From Naegleria gruberi (Eukaryota), in assembly GCA_000004985.1 (NCBI GenBank), contig GG738848.1: a DNA stretch of 64,000 nucleotides. The stretch is one strand, 5' to 3'. Both the position numbers and the translations under genes were made by a program. Shown here one piece after another: positions 31,604 to 44,416 of the stretch. Position 1 is the stretch's first letter. Each line of letters starts with the position of its first letter. Under the pieces are notes generated by a model. It did no database searches, was not told the origin of the DNA, and worked only from the letters and a program-made list of their open reading frames with translations.

Positions 31604-33812
31604 TTAGAGATATTGAAAAGTGTTCTTGTGTACAGTTGTATAGATTTCCTTCTTTGGAAGTGATAGTTGTACACAAGGAAGGTATTTATCAATGTCCTTC
31701 CTTTCTACCACTAATAAAGTATCTGATTTTACACTTTTTAAAGTGATTGTGTTGTAATCTTCAGAGAAAGAGTCAATCTGAAACACTCTGCCCGATTTTA
31801 TGTTGGTAATAAAATCTCTTTTTTTGGAAATAACATAATTTCCAAATATGCACTGTCCTTTGCTAAGATCTTCTCCTAAATCCAAAATATCACAAAGTTG
31901 GCACATATCAAAGTACATGATTGAATACCTTGCAGAGTTTGAGCATACGTAGGTTTTGGAAAGAGTGAAATTAAGCCCTTCACCAATGAATGCTGAATTG
32001 TGAGCTAGTGGGCCATACATTTTACAACTCTGGATTAAATCGGAAACGATGTGAAAGTTTGGTGTTGCCTTTTTCTCTCCAACAATATTTTGGTACTTGT
32101 ACAACAAATCTAATAATTGAATTTCTAAAAAATCAAGAGTTTCCAATTGAAATGAATCTGTAAGGTGATCAACTATTCTTGTTAATTCTGTAATCATCTC
32201 AACATATACAAGAATGGAAGAAATTTCGCCAATATGATTAAATATTTCCAAAAAGTAATGACAAATCATATAAACCTCAATAGCTCTTAACTTATTCATT
32301 GTTTTTCCGTTTGTGATTTTTCTTGGGTGTTTATGAAGGAATGAAGGATATTTTTGTTTGAGGAATATTTTGTCAAATTTTTCCCAATAACTTTCTGGAA
32401 TTAAGGACATGAAATCTTGAAATAATCCTTCATAAAGAACATGCATAGAATCGTAACAACATATAATTGATGGATTAGGATTCCAATCTTGTTTCAAAAT
32501 TGGTGAAATTCCTTTCATTCCTTCATAATCTTTCTTACTCATGTTTTCTTCCCAATATTCTAAACTTCTCAACTCATTTAAATTATATTTTTTTAGAAAT
32601 TTGTCATAATTTAAAGGGTATCTTGTTTGTTTTGTTGTTTCACTAACCTTACTTGTTACCCCTTTTTGTCTACATATATGACAAAAGTACGTTCCACTTT
32701 GTTTAAATAATAATACTTCAGATCTGGCGGGAAGATCACAGACAATTCTTTCTAATCTTATTTTTACAGAATTATGTGAATTGTAATAATTTAAATCATC
32801 CATCAAAATCAGGTTTTTTTGGAGCAAGAATCCAAAGAAAATTATTCGAACGCTTTCTCCTTAAATGTGGTTTCATTTCATTGAAATTGAAAGATCCTTG
32901 ATAAAAAGCATTGGTGCTATTGTTAAATGGGCAAACTGAATCAAAAAATGCAGATATTGTTTTAAGCTTTCCTTCATTAAACAGTTTTTTGTGATGTTGT
33001 TGATAAACCGATCCATGAACTCTATCTGAAACAATTCCATCCTTAATATCTTCCACTTTTTCAAAAAATTGATTATTAAAATCTTTTTCAAAGAAAATTC
33101 TTTCATCCAATTGAAATTTTAGTGGTCTCAAGAAACAATATGAGTGATTCTTCCATTCTATTTCACAATTACATTTTTTTACATTTTTGTTTCTTTCATA
33201 TTCTCCACATTTTGTACAATAATGCACCATAATTGTTTTTCTACTGATATAAAAATAATCATAAAATCCTTTCAACGTGAAATAATATGAATCTTTTTCA
33301 GAAATAGAATTAAAATCTTGAAGTGTTTCTTTAAATAATTCCAAAACAGATTCCAAACTTGATTCAGACAGTTTTGCTTTAACAGCAAACCTTAATAGTT
33401 TCCTCATTATTTTTTCCAACTTGATATCCGTTACAATTCTTTCCACGCTTTGGAATGAATGATTGCTCAATAAATCATTCTCTCCATATTTTGATGATTC
33501 ATGACTATAAAAATTTTTAAGAAACTCATATTCTTCTTGATTCTCTTGATTTTCAAATTCTCTTGATTCATCAGATTCTTCCATATCAACTTCATTGAAA
33601 CAGGAACAGCTCTGTGCTTCATAACCTCCAATTTCTTGACAAAATACCTCCACTCTATCATCATTTCTGACAGGATTATCTTTTAAAACAAAATCAGTTT
33701 CAGAATTTTTCTGAGTACTGTTTGATTGACAGAGTTTCTTACTTGCTCCTCTTAACGCATCAAACTGATACGATCTTTTCATTGTTTTTTGAATGGAGTT
33801 GGAGAAAATCAT
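31604..33812 (-). pseudogene. TNP2-like (Transposase_21; CACTA/KDZ group) transposase gene, split by a 1-nt frameshift into ORFs 32796..33812 and 31604..32827
   Basis: The N-terminal ORF has a Cys cluster (YCTKCGEYERNKNVKKCNCEIEW) and FLWILAPKKPDFD, resembling the TNP2 'LIPGPKQPGNDID' block. The C-terminal ORF has DSMHVLYEG, resembling the TNP2 'DVMHIEKN' block. The two frames overlap by about 30-60 nt at a poly-A run (ccaaaaaaacc / gatggatga). A single-base indel there fuses them into one transposase of about 740 aa. There is no GT-AG intron in the overlap. Confidence 0.5.
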
Positions 33813-33934
33813 GTTTTCAACCTTGATTGAGTTTGATAGGAGGTTTACAATTTTTTGTAAACTTTTTGTAAACTTTTGTATGACATACTAGGCCAATAAA
33901 GATTGTATCCATACAAAAATTTTAAAAAACCAAA

Positions 33935-35242
33935 ATGAAAAGAAAAAGTTCTTCAAAAGTCTCATCTTCTTCAAAATCTCCTCCTTCCAAGAAATCGAAA
34001 GATAGCGAGGAAACTAAGGAATCAACAGATCAATCCTTATATAAAAAGAAAAGGTTATCCAAAAAACAAGTGAATACTATTTTAACCTATAATGAGAAAA
34101 CATTAGAACAAGATAAAGATTCACTTGTTTCCATATTTACCTTCCTCTCAAATCAATTAGAACCCAATATTTCAATTAAATTAGGGGTTAGCTCAATATA
34201 TTTGGTCATTGAAGAATTATATAATTTATCTGGAGAAGGAATTATTGGCATACAAGGAGAGAAAAGCATTGAGAAACTAGTAAAGTCAATTTCTCAATTT
34301 GAAAATTGTGAACAAGCAGTTGTGGTTGCAAGAGACAGAATTGAAAAACAGTTATTCATTGTCAACAACCATTTTCAAGAAAGTATTGGAGAGTTAGAAG
34401 AAATAGAGGAAGGTGATTGTCTCCACATATTTAAGCGAATCAAAAATGGATATGGCTTAATTGGCAAGGGAGTTTTAATAGAAAAAAATGATACCACAGC
34501 CATTCTTAATGAAGTTGAATCTTTGTTAGAATTTGCAAAAATTGATTCCAAGGACAAAGAATTTTCTCTGAGACTTGTTAGAAAGAATAAGTCTAAGAGA
34601 GAAAAGGAAGTTCACCGACCTTCATTTCTATCCAAAAAGAGTACATTAATTACAGAATCTGATAGTGAATCCGAGCTTGAGTTTGAAAGTGAATCTGAAC
34701 ATGAACCTCATCTTGAATCAGAATCTGAGCTTGTTGAATTAGAAAAAGCCAAATCAAAGGAAAAATCTCAACATGAATTGGAAAGAGGTTCAGAATTAAC
34801 CCAACTCCTCCAGATTCCAAATTTCATTGAACATTACCAACAAGTAATTCAAGAAAACTTACAACTGAAGAAAAAGGTTGGCGAATACGAAAAAGCAAAT
34901 AAGAGTTTCAATCATGCTATTAAGCTGATCGTGGAATGCGTTGATAATCATCCAAGAGTGTTTAATTTGAATGAAACCACAATTACAATTGGTCAAGAGG
35001 CGTTCACTATTAGCCATAGGGAACGTTCTGTATTGAATAAGCTAAATGAATCAAAAAAGATTCAGTATATTGCAGATAACATTTTGAAGAAACCGTTGAA
35101 AGATGTTAATGATGACGAAAAGGAATTAATTATTGGGATAGTTATGGATATCAGAGGATTGAATGTCAATACTGATAAAGAGGAAGTGAAAAAGCTTAGA
35201 AATATATTCAGAAATATCAAGTGTAATTCTAAAAAACAATAA
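33935..35242 (+). CDS. Second ORF of the transposon (435 aa; Ser/Lys-rich N-terminus, acidic SE-repeat linker). Its function is unknown, possibly a TnpA-like accessory protein
   Basis: Uninterrupted ORF transcribed divergently from the transposase, 122 bp away. MKRKSSSKVSSSSKSPPSKKSK is NLS-like. There is an ESDSESELEFESESEHE acidic run. Confidence 0.4.
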   Translation: MKRKSSSKVSSSSKSPPSKKSKDSEETKESTDQSLYKKKRLSKKQVNTILTYNEKTLEQDKDSLVSIFTFLSNQLEPNISIKLGVSSIYLVIEELYNLSGEGIIGIQGEKSIEKLVKSISQFENCEQAVVVARDRIEKQLFIVNNHFQESIGELEEIEEGDCLHIFKRIKNGYGLIGKGVLIEKNDTTAILNEVESLLEFAKIDSKDKEFSLRLVRKNKSKREKEVHRPSFLSKKSTLITESDSESELEFESESEHEPHLESESELVELEKAKSKEKSQHELERGSELTQLLQIPNFIEHYQQVIQENLQLKKKVGEYEKANKSFNHAIKLIVECVDNHPRVFNLNETTITIGQEAFTISHRERSVLNKLNESKKIQYIADNILKKPLKDVNDDEKELIIGIVMDIRGLNVNTDKEEVKKLRNIFRNIKCNSKKQ

Positions 35243-37052
35243 CACAGCAAAACAAGCAACAACACTTTCATTGTAAATAACAAATCTATAAATAAAGCAA
35301 AAAACTTGTCAAAAAAAATATCTCTACATCACCAACCGAATTATTGTTATACATAACGTCATTATTCAGTTAGTTTTTAGTATGATTTTACTCTTGATGA
35401 TAGCACCATTATTGTTTATAATTGGAAAGTATCTGAATTATAATATATTATTTATTGAATCAATAGAATTATTGAATATTGGATTTGTAATACATTATTC
35501 AAACTATATAATTTAATCGCTATCTTTGTTATTTTGGACCAAACCAGAAAAATAGAATTTGATTAATTCAGTCCATCCCAAATCTTTGAAATTGTGTCCT
35601 TGTGCTTCGAGTTCTTTAAGATTTGATTTTAAATTAACAAGAAAGGTTCTTTTTGTAAGCATTTATTAATTTTAAATATATTCCCATCTAAATCGTAGAA
35701 TGTACTGTTTACATTCTAATAAGTAGAGGAAACAACTTAGCTTGTTCTTGAAATTGTTCTTCTCAAGTTGTTTTATGTAAGAATTTATTTATTCAAACCA
35801 TTTTAACTTTCATACTCTTCATAATTTAATTTACAATGTAACAATTTCCTATTCTAAGAATTATTAATTGAAATATTAGAACTGCAACAAATAACTTTCA
35901 TATTTGTTAAATTACAAACTGAGATTGAAAATTGGAACTTTCTGAAACAGTTGAATACAAGATTGAGTTGTTGGTTCTTTTCACATTGTTTGGTTGGAAA
36001 TTATATCAACTCAGTGGTTCCATGTATACATTATTCCAACATGAATCTGCTTCTGATTTGGATGCTTTGTTATAGTTCTTAAATTGGGTGTTGGTGTTTA
36101 TCTTGCCAGCATTTTCTACCACTAGATATTGATTCCCAACCAGCAATATTCACCATTGAGTTGAAATTATATGTAAGTTTTCGTCTAATGGAATTGGTTG
36201 ATCCAATTTAATGATTGCTAATTGTTTTAATATAGAACTCGAGATGTATCATCTACCAATGAATTTCCAGCCATCAGTTGTCCAGACCAATTGTTGAAAT
36301 AATTCCACTACTATTTGAAATGAATCTACTTCAATGATTATTATCATTCAAGTCAATAGTGATACCATTGGGAGCATTTAATTTGGAAGTATTAGCCTAA
36401 ACACTCACACCTGCTCCAATAACTAGTTGAAATGATACCACTAGTTGAAACCTTTGTGATAGAATAATTTTGGATGAAGACATCACTTCAACTATTTAAA
36501 GCAACAATTAGGAGGAAATCACCATCATCTAATTATTTAACTGATTGTGAGTTCACTATCCAATTATTCAACTGTATTGGAGTTTATTGAATTTATTTGG
36601 AGTTTAAGGTACGTTTAAAGAATTGTAATTTTTCATATTTATAACTGGTTATCAATATATCAATACTCATAGCTTATCAATTTTAAGGATTTGTGGATTG
36701 GATTAATTGAAAGTGGTGAAATCACTGAATTTTATGAGGATGATGATTATGATAAATTGATTGGACTTGTGGATATGATTGCTTGGATAAAGTGATGTGA
36801 ATAATTAATATTAATTATTAACGAGTAATGATAATAATTTAATATTAATTATTAATATTAATTATTGGCGAATTAGCATTAATAATTAATATTAATTAAT
36901 GACGTTAAAATAACGCATTAAAAGTCGATTTTCTCACGAACAAGGTTTAACGTTTTTATTAACGACTTTTCATTAATTATTAATAAAATTGACTTGATTG
37001 AATGTTAATATTTGTCATTAAAAATTAATAAAAATCATTAGCAATTAATGTA

Positions 37053-37067
37053 AAAACAATTTAGCGG
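37053..37067. repeat. Right terminal inverted repeat of the DNA transposon
   Basis: AAACAATTTAGCGGG (reverse complement of the left TIR), followed by ATCG. Confidence 0.55.
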
Positions 37068-37515
37068 GATCGCTAACACCCAAATTGAGAATAGGTATTG
37101 AAAGAACAGTTGCTAGGAATGACAATGTCGTAAGTCAAAATTGTTAAGGAAGATTTCTATATTGATAAGTTATCAAAATTGTAACATGTTAATTGGATTT
37201 GGATTCAATCAATATTACAATACAAATATATTGAAACGATAAATTTGAATCTTTTATCTCCATAATTGGGATTCAAATTACTCAATCTTTGCAAAATAAA
37301 TAGAGTGCAATAAGGAATTTAGGATCGTCCTGTGGAAAACTTGTAAATTCTTCTGTAGTTTCTTCTAACAGTTCTGGTTTCAATTGAATTAATTTGTCAA
37401 CATGATCGGAGAGCTTGACATTCTCATCAAGCATTATTGACTCGTACAATACTTTCTTAACAAGAGGGTTTTCTCCACGTTGCGCAAATTGGGCAAGTAC
37501 ATTGGAAACAGTTGT

Positions 37516-39249
37516 CTAGTTGAAAATATTCTGGATGAAACGTTTCTTGCAAAATTCAATAAACTCAACTGGATCAGGCACTGAGTAAATATGGAGAAGA
37601 ATAGTAGTAGTCTCCTCTGTGAATATGTTCGGATGATTCTGACCAAGTCTCTCCAAATCAATTGGTTCATCTCCAAATAATGTTTCAAATTCTCCCTTAA
37701 TCTCATCAAAAAAGTAGTGAGAAAAACTTTTCACAAGATCTTTAAAGAATAAATTTCTATCATCCAATTCATAAATGTTGTGTTCAAAGTTATCGAGCAT
37801 GTATCTAATAATTCCAGAGGATTGTTTCGAATAGTACCATATATCACATTTCGGTAGTTGCTCAATGTGAGCTTGAGGGAATTTGTATCCCTTTCGTCTT
37901 GTATAAATGAGGAAGGTAACAATATTTGTAAAAGCATGATATGAGAGAAAGTTAACAATGGAAAATTTCTCATATGGAATAGGATAGGAATCAAGAAACT
38001 TGGATAAATACTCTTCACCTTCAGTGGTCAATTTAGAAATAAATCCCAAATAATTGGATTTTTCAATCATGGTTGAAATAATTTGTTCCTTAGTTTGAAA
38101 ATTTTCCAAAAATTTCAAATACTCAATTGAAATCTTGATGCGTGTTTCGTTATCATAATTATGCTTTTCCAAATAGAATACATCCAAAAAGAAAGTATCT
38201 GAAATGGTATCTTTTGAATCAATTTGATACTTGATGCATAATTCTAAAATCAAATCAAAACTACTCTCGTAATAATCAAAATTGCAGAAGATGGTTGAAA
38301 TCCAGCAAAGTTTGACATTCATATTAAACGAATCAAAGAGTTTTTTCAATGTAGTCTCTAGATATTCCTTTCTTATAAGATATGGAAAGGTTTCTAACGA
38401 GATTTCTATCATTACTTCCCAATATTTTGAATAGATAGTGTTTGATTTTAAAAGATTTGTGAAGATAGTATTCTGAATCTCCTCCTGTTCACTTGGTAAT
38501 TGTTTCAAATTATAAATAATCATTTGATTTTGGAGATTATTTCCCATCAATACAGAAACAAAGCTCATTACAGTTTCTTCCTTATAATTCTTCAAGAAAT
38601 AACTCATCGATGAGAAATAGGATGTCATTGTAATGGATCCTATTGAAATAATTTGTTTTTCCATCAAGTGTTTGAATCGATTTCCAATCAGTGATGAATT
38701 ATTTGAATTTCCTAAATCACTTTCACTTCTATTCAATGAAATTCTCAATGCTGTTTTATCCTTCAACACATGAAGATCGTATGAGGTAATAGTAGAATGT
38801 AAAATAGCTTTAGCCAACACGAAGGGTGGCTCATTCTTTTGTCCTGTTGTGGATTTCAATGAACGGAGAGCTTGCAAAATAGGTTGAATCTTCTTCATGT
38901 CCCTCTCGGAGGAAAGAAGTGCTTCCTTGACTTGTATTTCTGTTAAAGTTGTCTTGACATTAAATTTAACCATTTTGTTAAACTTTTCAATGATGGTGAA
39001 AACGAGATAGTGTTGAAATAGTGTCTTCCAGAAAAATTCGTACTTGTCCAGAGAATGCCAATCTTTGCAAACACAAAGAACAGCTCCCACATCACGAATT
39101 GGTAAGTATTCCGTCACACAAAAGACATTATCTAACGACAGTTGACTCATTTTTTTGTAACACTCTATTGTATCCAGTACTCCTCCTTGTTGACAGTACT
39201 TTCGAGTATGCACACTATAAGCTTTTAATGAGTTAAGCTGGTCTATCAC
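37516..39249 (-). CDS. F-box domain protein (577 aa)
   Basis: N-terminal F-box LSLDNVFCVTEYLPIRDVGAVLCVCKDWHSL. The rest is helical and repeat-like with no named domain. Confidence 0.55.
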   Translation of the reverse strand: MIDQLNSLKAYSVHTRKYCQQGGVLDTIECYKKMSQLSLDNVFCVTEYLPIRDVGAVLCVCKDWHSLDKYEFFWKTLFQHYLVFTIIEKFNKMVKFNVKTTLTEIQVKEALLSSERDMKKIQPILQALRSLKSTTGQKNEPPFVLAKAILHSTITSYDLHVLKDKTALRISLNRSESDLGNSNNSSLIGNRFKHLMEKQIISIGSITMTSYFSSMSYFLKNYKEETVMSFVSVLMGNNLQNQMIIYNLKQLPSEQEEIQNTIFTNLLKSNTIYSKYWEVMIEISLETFPYLIRKEYLETTLKKLFDSFNMNVKLCWISTIFCNFDYYESSFDLILELCIKYQIDSKDTISDTFFLDVFYLEKHNYDNETRIKISIEYLKFLENFQTKEQIISTMIEKSNYLGFISKLTTEGEEYLSKFLDSYPIPYEKFSIVNFLSYHAFTNIVTFLIYTRRKGYKFPQAHIEQLPKCDIWYYSKQSSGIIRYMLDNFEHNIYELDDRNLFFKDLVKSFSHYFFDEIKGEFETLFGDEPIDLERLGQNHPNIFTEETTTILLHIYSVPDPVEFIEFCKKRFIQNIFN

Positions 39250-39505
39250 TTTAATTCAATCCCTGGCTTGAACCCCGACACTACTCGCCAATACCAATGA
39301 TATTAACATAGTTAAAGTGAATAAATAAAGGTGCGTAAATTTTTTTGTTACACTCTATTAATTGTAAAGAAAGCAACAAATCTCTGTAACAAGCTTAATT
39401 TCCTAACTCATATTTGGGTCATTTCTTAACAGAATATTGATAAAACATTAATTCCTATTGGATTTATTAATACAACACATAATATTAATTTTACAATAAA
39501 AAAAA

Positions 39506-42266
39506 ATGTGTCGTTGTGCTCGTACCCACGAAGATTCAACTTCCGCTCCAGTTGTTGCAGTCGATCGAGTTGTTTTGCCAAAGACTGTCAAGCCATTGAC
39601 TTATCGTTTGACTTTAAATCCCGATCTTGAGAAGTTTACCTTCACAGTGGAGGAACAAGTTGAATTAAAGTTGTTGGTGCAACCTTCGGAAATTACTAAA
39701 ATTGTTGCCAATTGCAAGGAAGTTGTTGTTCATAAAGCTTCATTGAGTGTTGGAAATACTCTATTGCCAATTACAAAGATCAGCTATGAGGAGGAGAATG
39801 ATTTTGTTAATTTTGAATTTGATCATAAAGATCAAGAATTTGCAAACTTGGAAATTGGAGATGTGATCACATTGAATATTCAATCAACAGGTGAATTGAA
39901 TGATAAATTGGTTGGATTTTATCGTAGCAAGTATTACAAGGATGGTGTTGAAAAGTATGGAGCTGTGACACAATTCGAAGCTGTCGATGCTAGAAGATGT
40001 TTTGTTTGTTGGGATGAACCTGCTTTAAAGGCAGTTTTTGAAGTTACTTTAATTGCTCCAAAAACTCATGTTGCCTTGTCCAATATGAATTGCATTGAAG
40101 AGAAGGAATATGACAATGATAAGAAGATTTGTAAATATGCTCCAACGCCAATCATGTCAACGTATTTGGTTGCCTTTGTAGTTTATGAATATGATTATGT
40201 AGAAGCTATTGCTACTGAAACTAAAAACAAGGTTCCAGTTAGAGTTTACACTCCATTGGGAAAGAAGGAACAGGGTGAATTTGCATTGGAAGTTGCTTGT
40301 AAATGCTTGGCTCTTTATGAAAAGTATTTTGATATTCCATATCCATTTGCAAAGATGGACATGGCTGGATGTCAACTCTCTGCTGGAGCTATGGAAAACA
40401 GTGGTTTGGTTTTGTACAGAGAAACAGCTCTCTATGTCGATCCAAAGAATACCAGTTCAAGTGCCAAGCAATATGTTGCTATTGTAGTAGCTCACGAATT
40501 GTCTCACCAATGGTTTGGAAATTTAGTTACTATGGAATGGTAGGTTTTATGCTAGTTGAAAGGTTTCTAATAGTTTTATGATGTTTCTAATAATTTTGAT
40601 GTGTTAATTTCGAAATATTAGGTGGCACAGCCTTTTTTTAAACGAGAGCTATGCTACGTTCATGGAATATTATGCTGTTGATCAATTGTATCCTGAATGG
40701 AATGTTTTTGAACAATTTGTTCATGATGATTTTTTCAAAGCTATGGCATTGGATGCTTTGGCTTCAAGCCATCCAGTCCATGTTCCAGTTAGAGTTGCAG
40801 CTGAAATTGATGAAATTTTCGATGCTATCAGTTATTCTAAAGGATGTTGTTGTGTAAGAATGTTAATTAATTGGTTGTCAAATGAAAGATTCAGAGAAGG
40901 TATGATTCATTACTTGAAGAAGTTCAGTTACCAAAATGCTGATACAGAGGATTTATGGGAAGCTCTCTATGAAAGAACGTCACAAAATGTAACTGAAATG
41001 ATGTACTCTTGGATTTACAAGATTGGTTTCCCAGTTGTTAGTATAACAGAGGAAATTCAACAAGATCATAAGGTACTCACTCTCAGACAAAACAGATTCT
41101 TGGAAAAGTGTGGTATCTTTGAATCAGATGACACTGTTTGGGTTATTCCTGTATCCTATTTGGTTTGTGGTGCAGATGACTCTATTACAGAATTCAGTTT
41201 GGAATTAAAGGAGAGAGAAACCAAGGTTTCCATTCCAACCTCCTCCAAGTGGATCAAATTCAACAAGAATCAAACAGCGTTCTTTAGATTGAATTATCAA
41301 AGTGATTCCTACTATTCCAGCTTAGTTGAACCTATCAAGAGTAAGATTTTATCTCCAATCGACAGAATGTCCATCATTGAAGATGCTTGCACTCTTTCCA
41401 AGGCTGGTCTAGTTCCAACTGAAAGAGTATTCGTTCTCTTCTCTGCCTATGCAAATGAAGATAATTTTACAGTAATTTCCAGTCTTGCTACCTGCTTTGG
41501 TACCTTGTATAATATTTACAAGCACGAGGAGCAAATTATTGAAAAATTCAAAAAGCTTGCTGTTTCAATCTTCTCTGGTATTGCTGCCAAGTTGGGTTGG
41601 ATACCAAAACCAAACGAAAGTCACTTGGATAGCATGGCTAGACCAATTGTTTTGGGTGCACTTGTAAAGTATGGCGATAAGGCCGCCATTGAAAAGGCAA
41701 CTCAATTATTTGATGATTTCAGAAAGGACAATAATCTTGTCATTCCTGATTTGAGACCTGTTATATATAGTGCTGTTATTAGATATGGAAATGAGGAAAG
41801 ATTCAATCAATGTTTGGAAATTTTCCAAAAGACTGAACTCTTCGAGGAAAAGAATAGAATTTTGAGAGCTCTTGGTCTCGCTCAAGATGAAAAATTAATT
41901 TCCAAGAGTCTTACCATGGCAATTGATGACTCTGTCAGATCACAAGATGTCATGTACGTGCTCGCTGGTGTTTCCTCCAATCCAAAGGCAACAACAATGG
42001 CATGGAAATTTTTATTCGAAAACTTTGCAATTATCAAGCAAAAGTTTGAAGGTTGTTTCCTTCCTGGAAGAATTGTCAAATTGTTGACTGAAAGTGTTAC
42101 CAATGCAGATGATGTTCAAACCATTAGAGAAACTTTGGACAAGGTTAAATTCAAATCCATTGAGAGATCAGTTGACCAATGCGTGGAATCTATTGAAATC
42201 AATAGCAAGTGGCTCCAACGTTCTAAGAATTCTGTCTTGGAATGGTTGTCAAACAATGTAGAATAA
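39506..42266 (+). CDS. M1-family aminopeptidase (puromycin-sensitive aminopeptidase / aminopeptidase N-like), 2 exons: 39506..40539 and 40622..42266
   Basis: GAMEN exopeptidase motif (GAMENSGLV) and zinc-binding HELSHQWFGNLVTMEWW...LNESYA (HExxH-18-E) spanning an 82-bp gtaggt...attag intron. Total 2679 nt or 892 aa. The C-terminal ERAP1-like helical domain is present. Confidence 0.9.
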
Positions 42267-42530
42267 ACAATTTAATACAATAGATATTTCGCAATTGAAA
42301 AATTACAAATCTCCTCCATAGCTCTATTGATGTTACCTCAGTGAATGTCCTTATTATGAACCCCTGTTAAGATGTAATAATTCAACCCAGCCATGCCTTA
42401 GTACTCTCATTTAATTGATTCAATCTTCCTCCTGAACTGCTCAAGCATTTTCATTACCGCGGAGAATCAACGGAGTTCAAAAACCTTCTTTCCATCTCCA
42501 TGAAAAATTTATTTTTGAATTTAAAAAAAA

Positions 42531-44083
42531 ATGCAACAAACAAAAATCTTGAGCATTGCAGCCTTTTTGCTCGTCGTTCTTGCTGCTCTCTCTGTCGATG
42601 CCGGCATTTTGACTAGAACCAAATACAAGGGTTCTTTGAATCATAAATTATTACAACGTGATGCTAACCTTTTCAAGCGAACATTTGATGTCGATCAATG
42701 GATGACACAAAGATTGGACCATTTTGACCCACAAAATACCGAGACTTTCCAACAACGATTCTGGGTTAATGATACCATGTGGCAAGGAAAGAATGTTTTT
42801 ATTATTATTGGTGGTGAGGGACCAGCCAGTTCAAAGTATTTGACTGGACATTTTGTTATTAATGAATATGGAAAGAAGCACGGAGCTTTGCTTGCTGCTT
42901 TGGAACATCGTTTCTATGGTGAATCTGTTCCACGTAAATCACTTGCTACTGACAATTTGAGATATCTCACTTCCGAACAAGCATTGCAAGATTTGGTTGA
43001 ATTCCGTAGTTTGTTGGTCAAGAAATATAGAATGGATGAAGCTAATGTCAAATTTGTCTGCTTTGGAGGTAGTTATTCTGGTAATTTGTCTGCCTGGTTG
43101 AAGGCCAAGTATCCACATTTGGTAAGTTTAGATTAATGTGTTGCATTTATTCATATTTTTAAATATTTATGTGAAATCTAATTAATGAAAACGAACAGTT
43201 CGTTGGTGCTATTGCTTCAAGTGGTCCAGTCGAAGCTAAACTTGAATTCAATGAATATATGATGACTGTCGCTAATAGTATTGGTCCAAAATGTACTGAT
43301 AGAGTTAGAAAGGCCAATGATTTGATTGAACAATTGATTGCTACTCCTGCTGGTAGACAACGTGTTGCTTCCATGTTCAATGTCTGTAATCCAGAAAGCA
43401 TGACCAACAATGATGATATTGCATTGCTCTTCTCTAGTCTCTCTGATGGTGTCTGTGAAGTCGTTCAATACAATTTGGATAATAATGGAGCTCAAGGATT
43501 CAATGTTACATCAATGTGTGCCATTATTGAATCAAGTGATGATGCTTTGGAAGGTTTTGCCAATTGGGTCAAGACTTGGAATTCCTACAGTCAATCATCA
43601 TGTACTCAAAACTTGTACAGTGATTTCATCAAGCAAATGCAAGATGTTAGACCATGGCCTGCAAATGAAAATGCTGCTGGTCGTTCTTGGACATATCAAA
43701 CTTGTGTTGAATTTGGTTATTATCAAAATGCTGTTGGTCCAAAGCAACCATTCTCCCCAAGAATTACTTTGGAATGGTTCGTTCAACAATGTTCTCAAAT
43801 CTTTGGTATTAATGGAATGAAGCCAGATATTGACTTTACTAACAATATGTATGGTTCTAAGAATATTCAAACTACCAACACTGTTTTCAGTACTGGTTCT
43901 GTTGATCCATGGTCTGTTCTTGCTGTTGCTCAACCAACTAGAAATATTGCTCAAAATTATGTTTATCACATGCAAGGTACTGCTCACTGTGCTGATTTGT
44001 ATTCTAGCTCACCAAAGGATTTACCAACTCTTACTAATACCAGAGTTCAAACTCAAAAGTTGTTGGATCAATGGTTGGCATAA
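42531..44083 (+). CDS. S28-family serine carboxypeptidase (lysosomal Pro-X carboxypeptidase / DPP7-like), 2 exons: 42531..43121 and 43199..44083
   Basis: Signal peptide, then S28 blocks: FQQRFWVND, IIGGEGP, LEHRFYGESVP, and the catalytic-Ser motif GGSYSGNLSAWLKAKYPHL | VGAIASSGPV joined across a 77-bp gtaagt...aacag intron. Total 1476 nt or 491 aa. Confidence 0.85.
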
Positions 44084-44416
44084 ATAAATTATTATTGATA
44101 TCCAATTTCAATATATTTCGTGCAAAACATTCAAATCAAAAAACGAGATGAAAATCAAAGCTTTTTAAACATTTCAAACCCCTCACATTGGTGATTGTTA
44201 AGTTCTGACTGGAAGTTGAACTGAAGCCTAGTAACAAACCTTTAGAATAAATCGTGAATGCCTACTAATTGTATAGTTGGACTTAATATGTCGGAATGAG
44301 TGTGAAATGATGTAAAATTCTCACTAAGCCTGTTATCGAGTGCTACAGAAATTTATTAAGACCAAAAATTGCATATTATTTTTTGATGTTACCATGCTCC
44401 TTCGTGAAAATAATAC

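Larger units (their letters stand above)
31199..37067. mobile_element. TIR DNA transposon (about 5.9 kb). It has 15-bp terminal inverted repeats CCCGCTAAATTGTTT flanked by a 4-bp direct repeat ATCG, subterminal TTAACG/CATTAA repeat arrays, and two divergent internal ORFs (a TNP2/CACTA-KDZ-like transposase plus a second ORF)
   Basis: 31199..31213 is the reverse complement of 37053..37067. ATCG sits immediately outside both ends (31195..31198 and 37068..37071). Both subterminal regions are enriched in ttaacg(tca) and cattaat motifs. The interior carries transposase-like ORFs on the minus strand and a 435-aa ORF on the plus strand. The rest (35250..37050) is non-coding. Confidence 0.6.
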
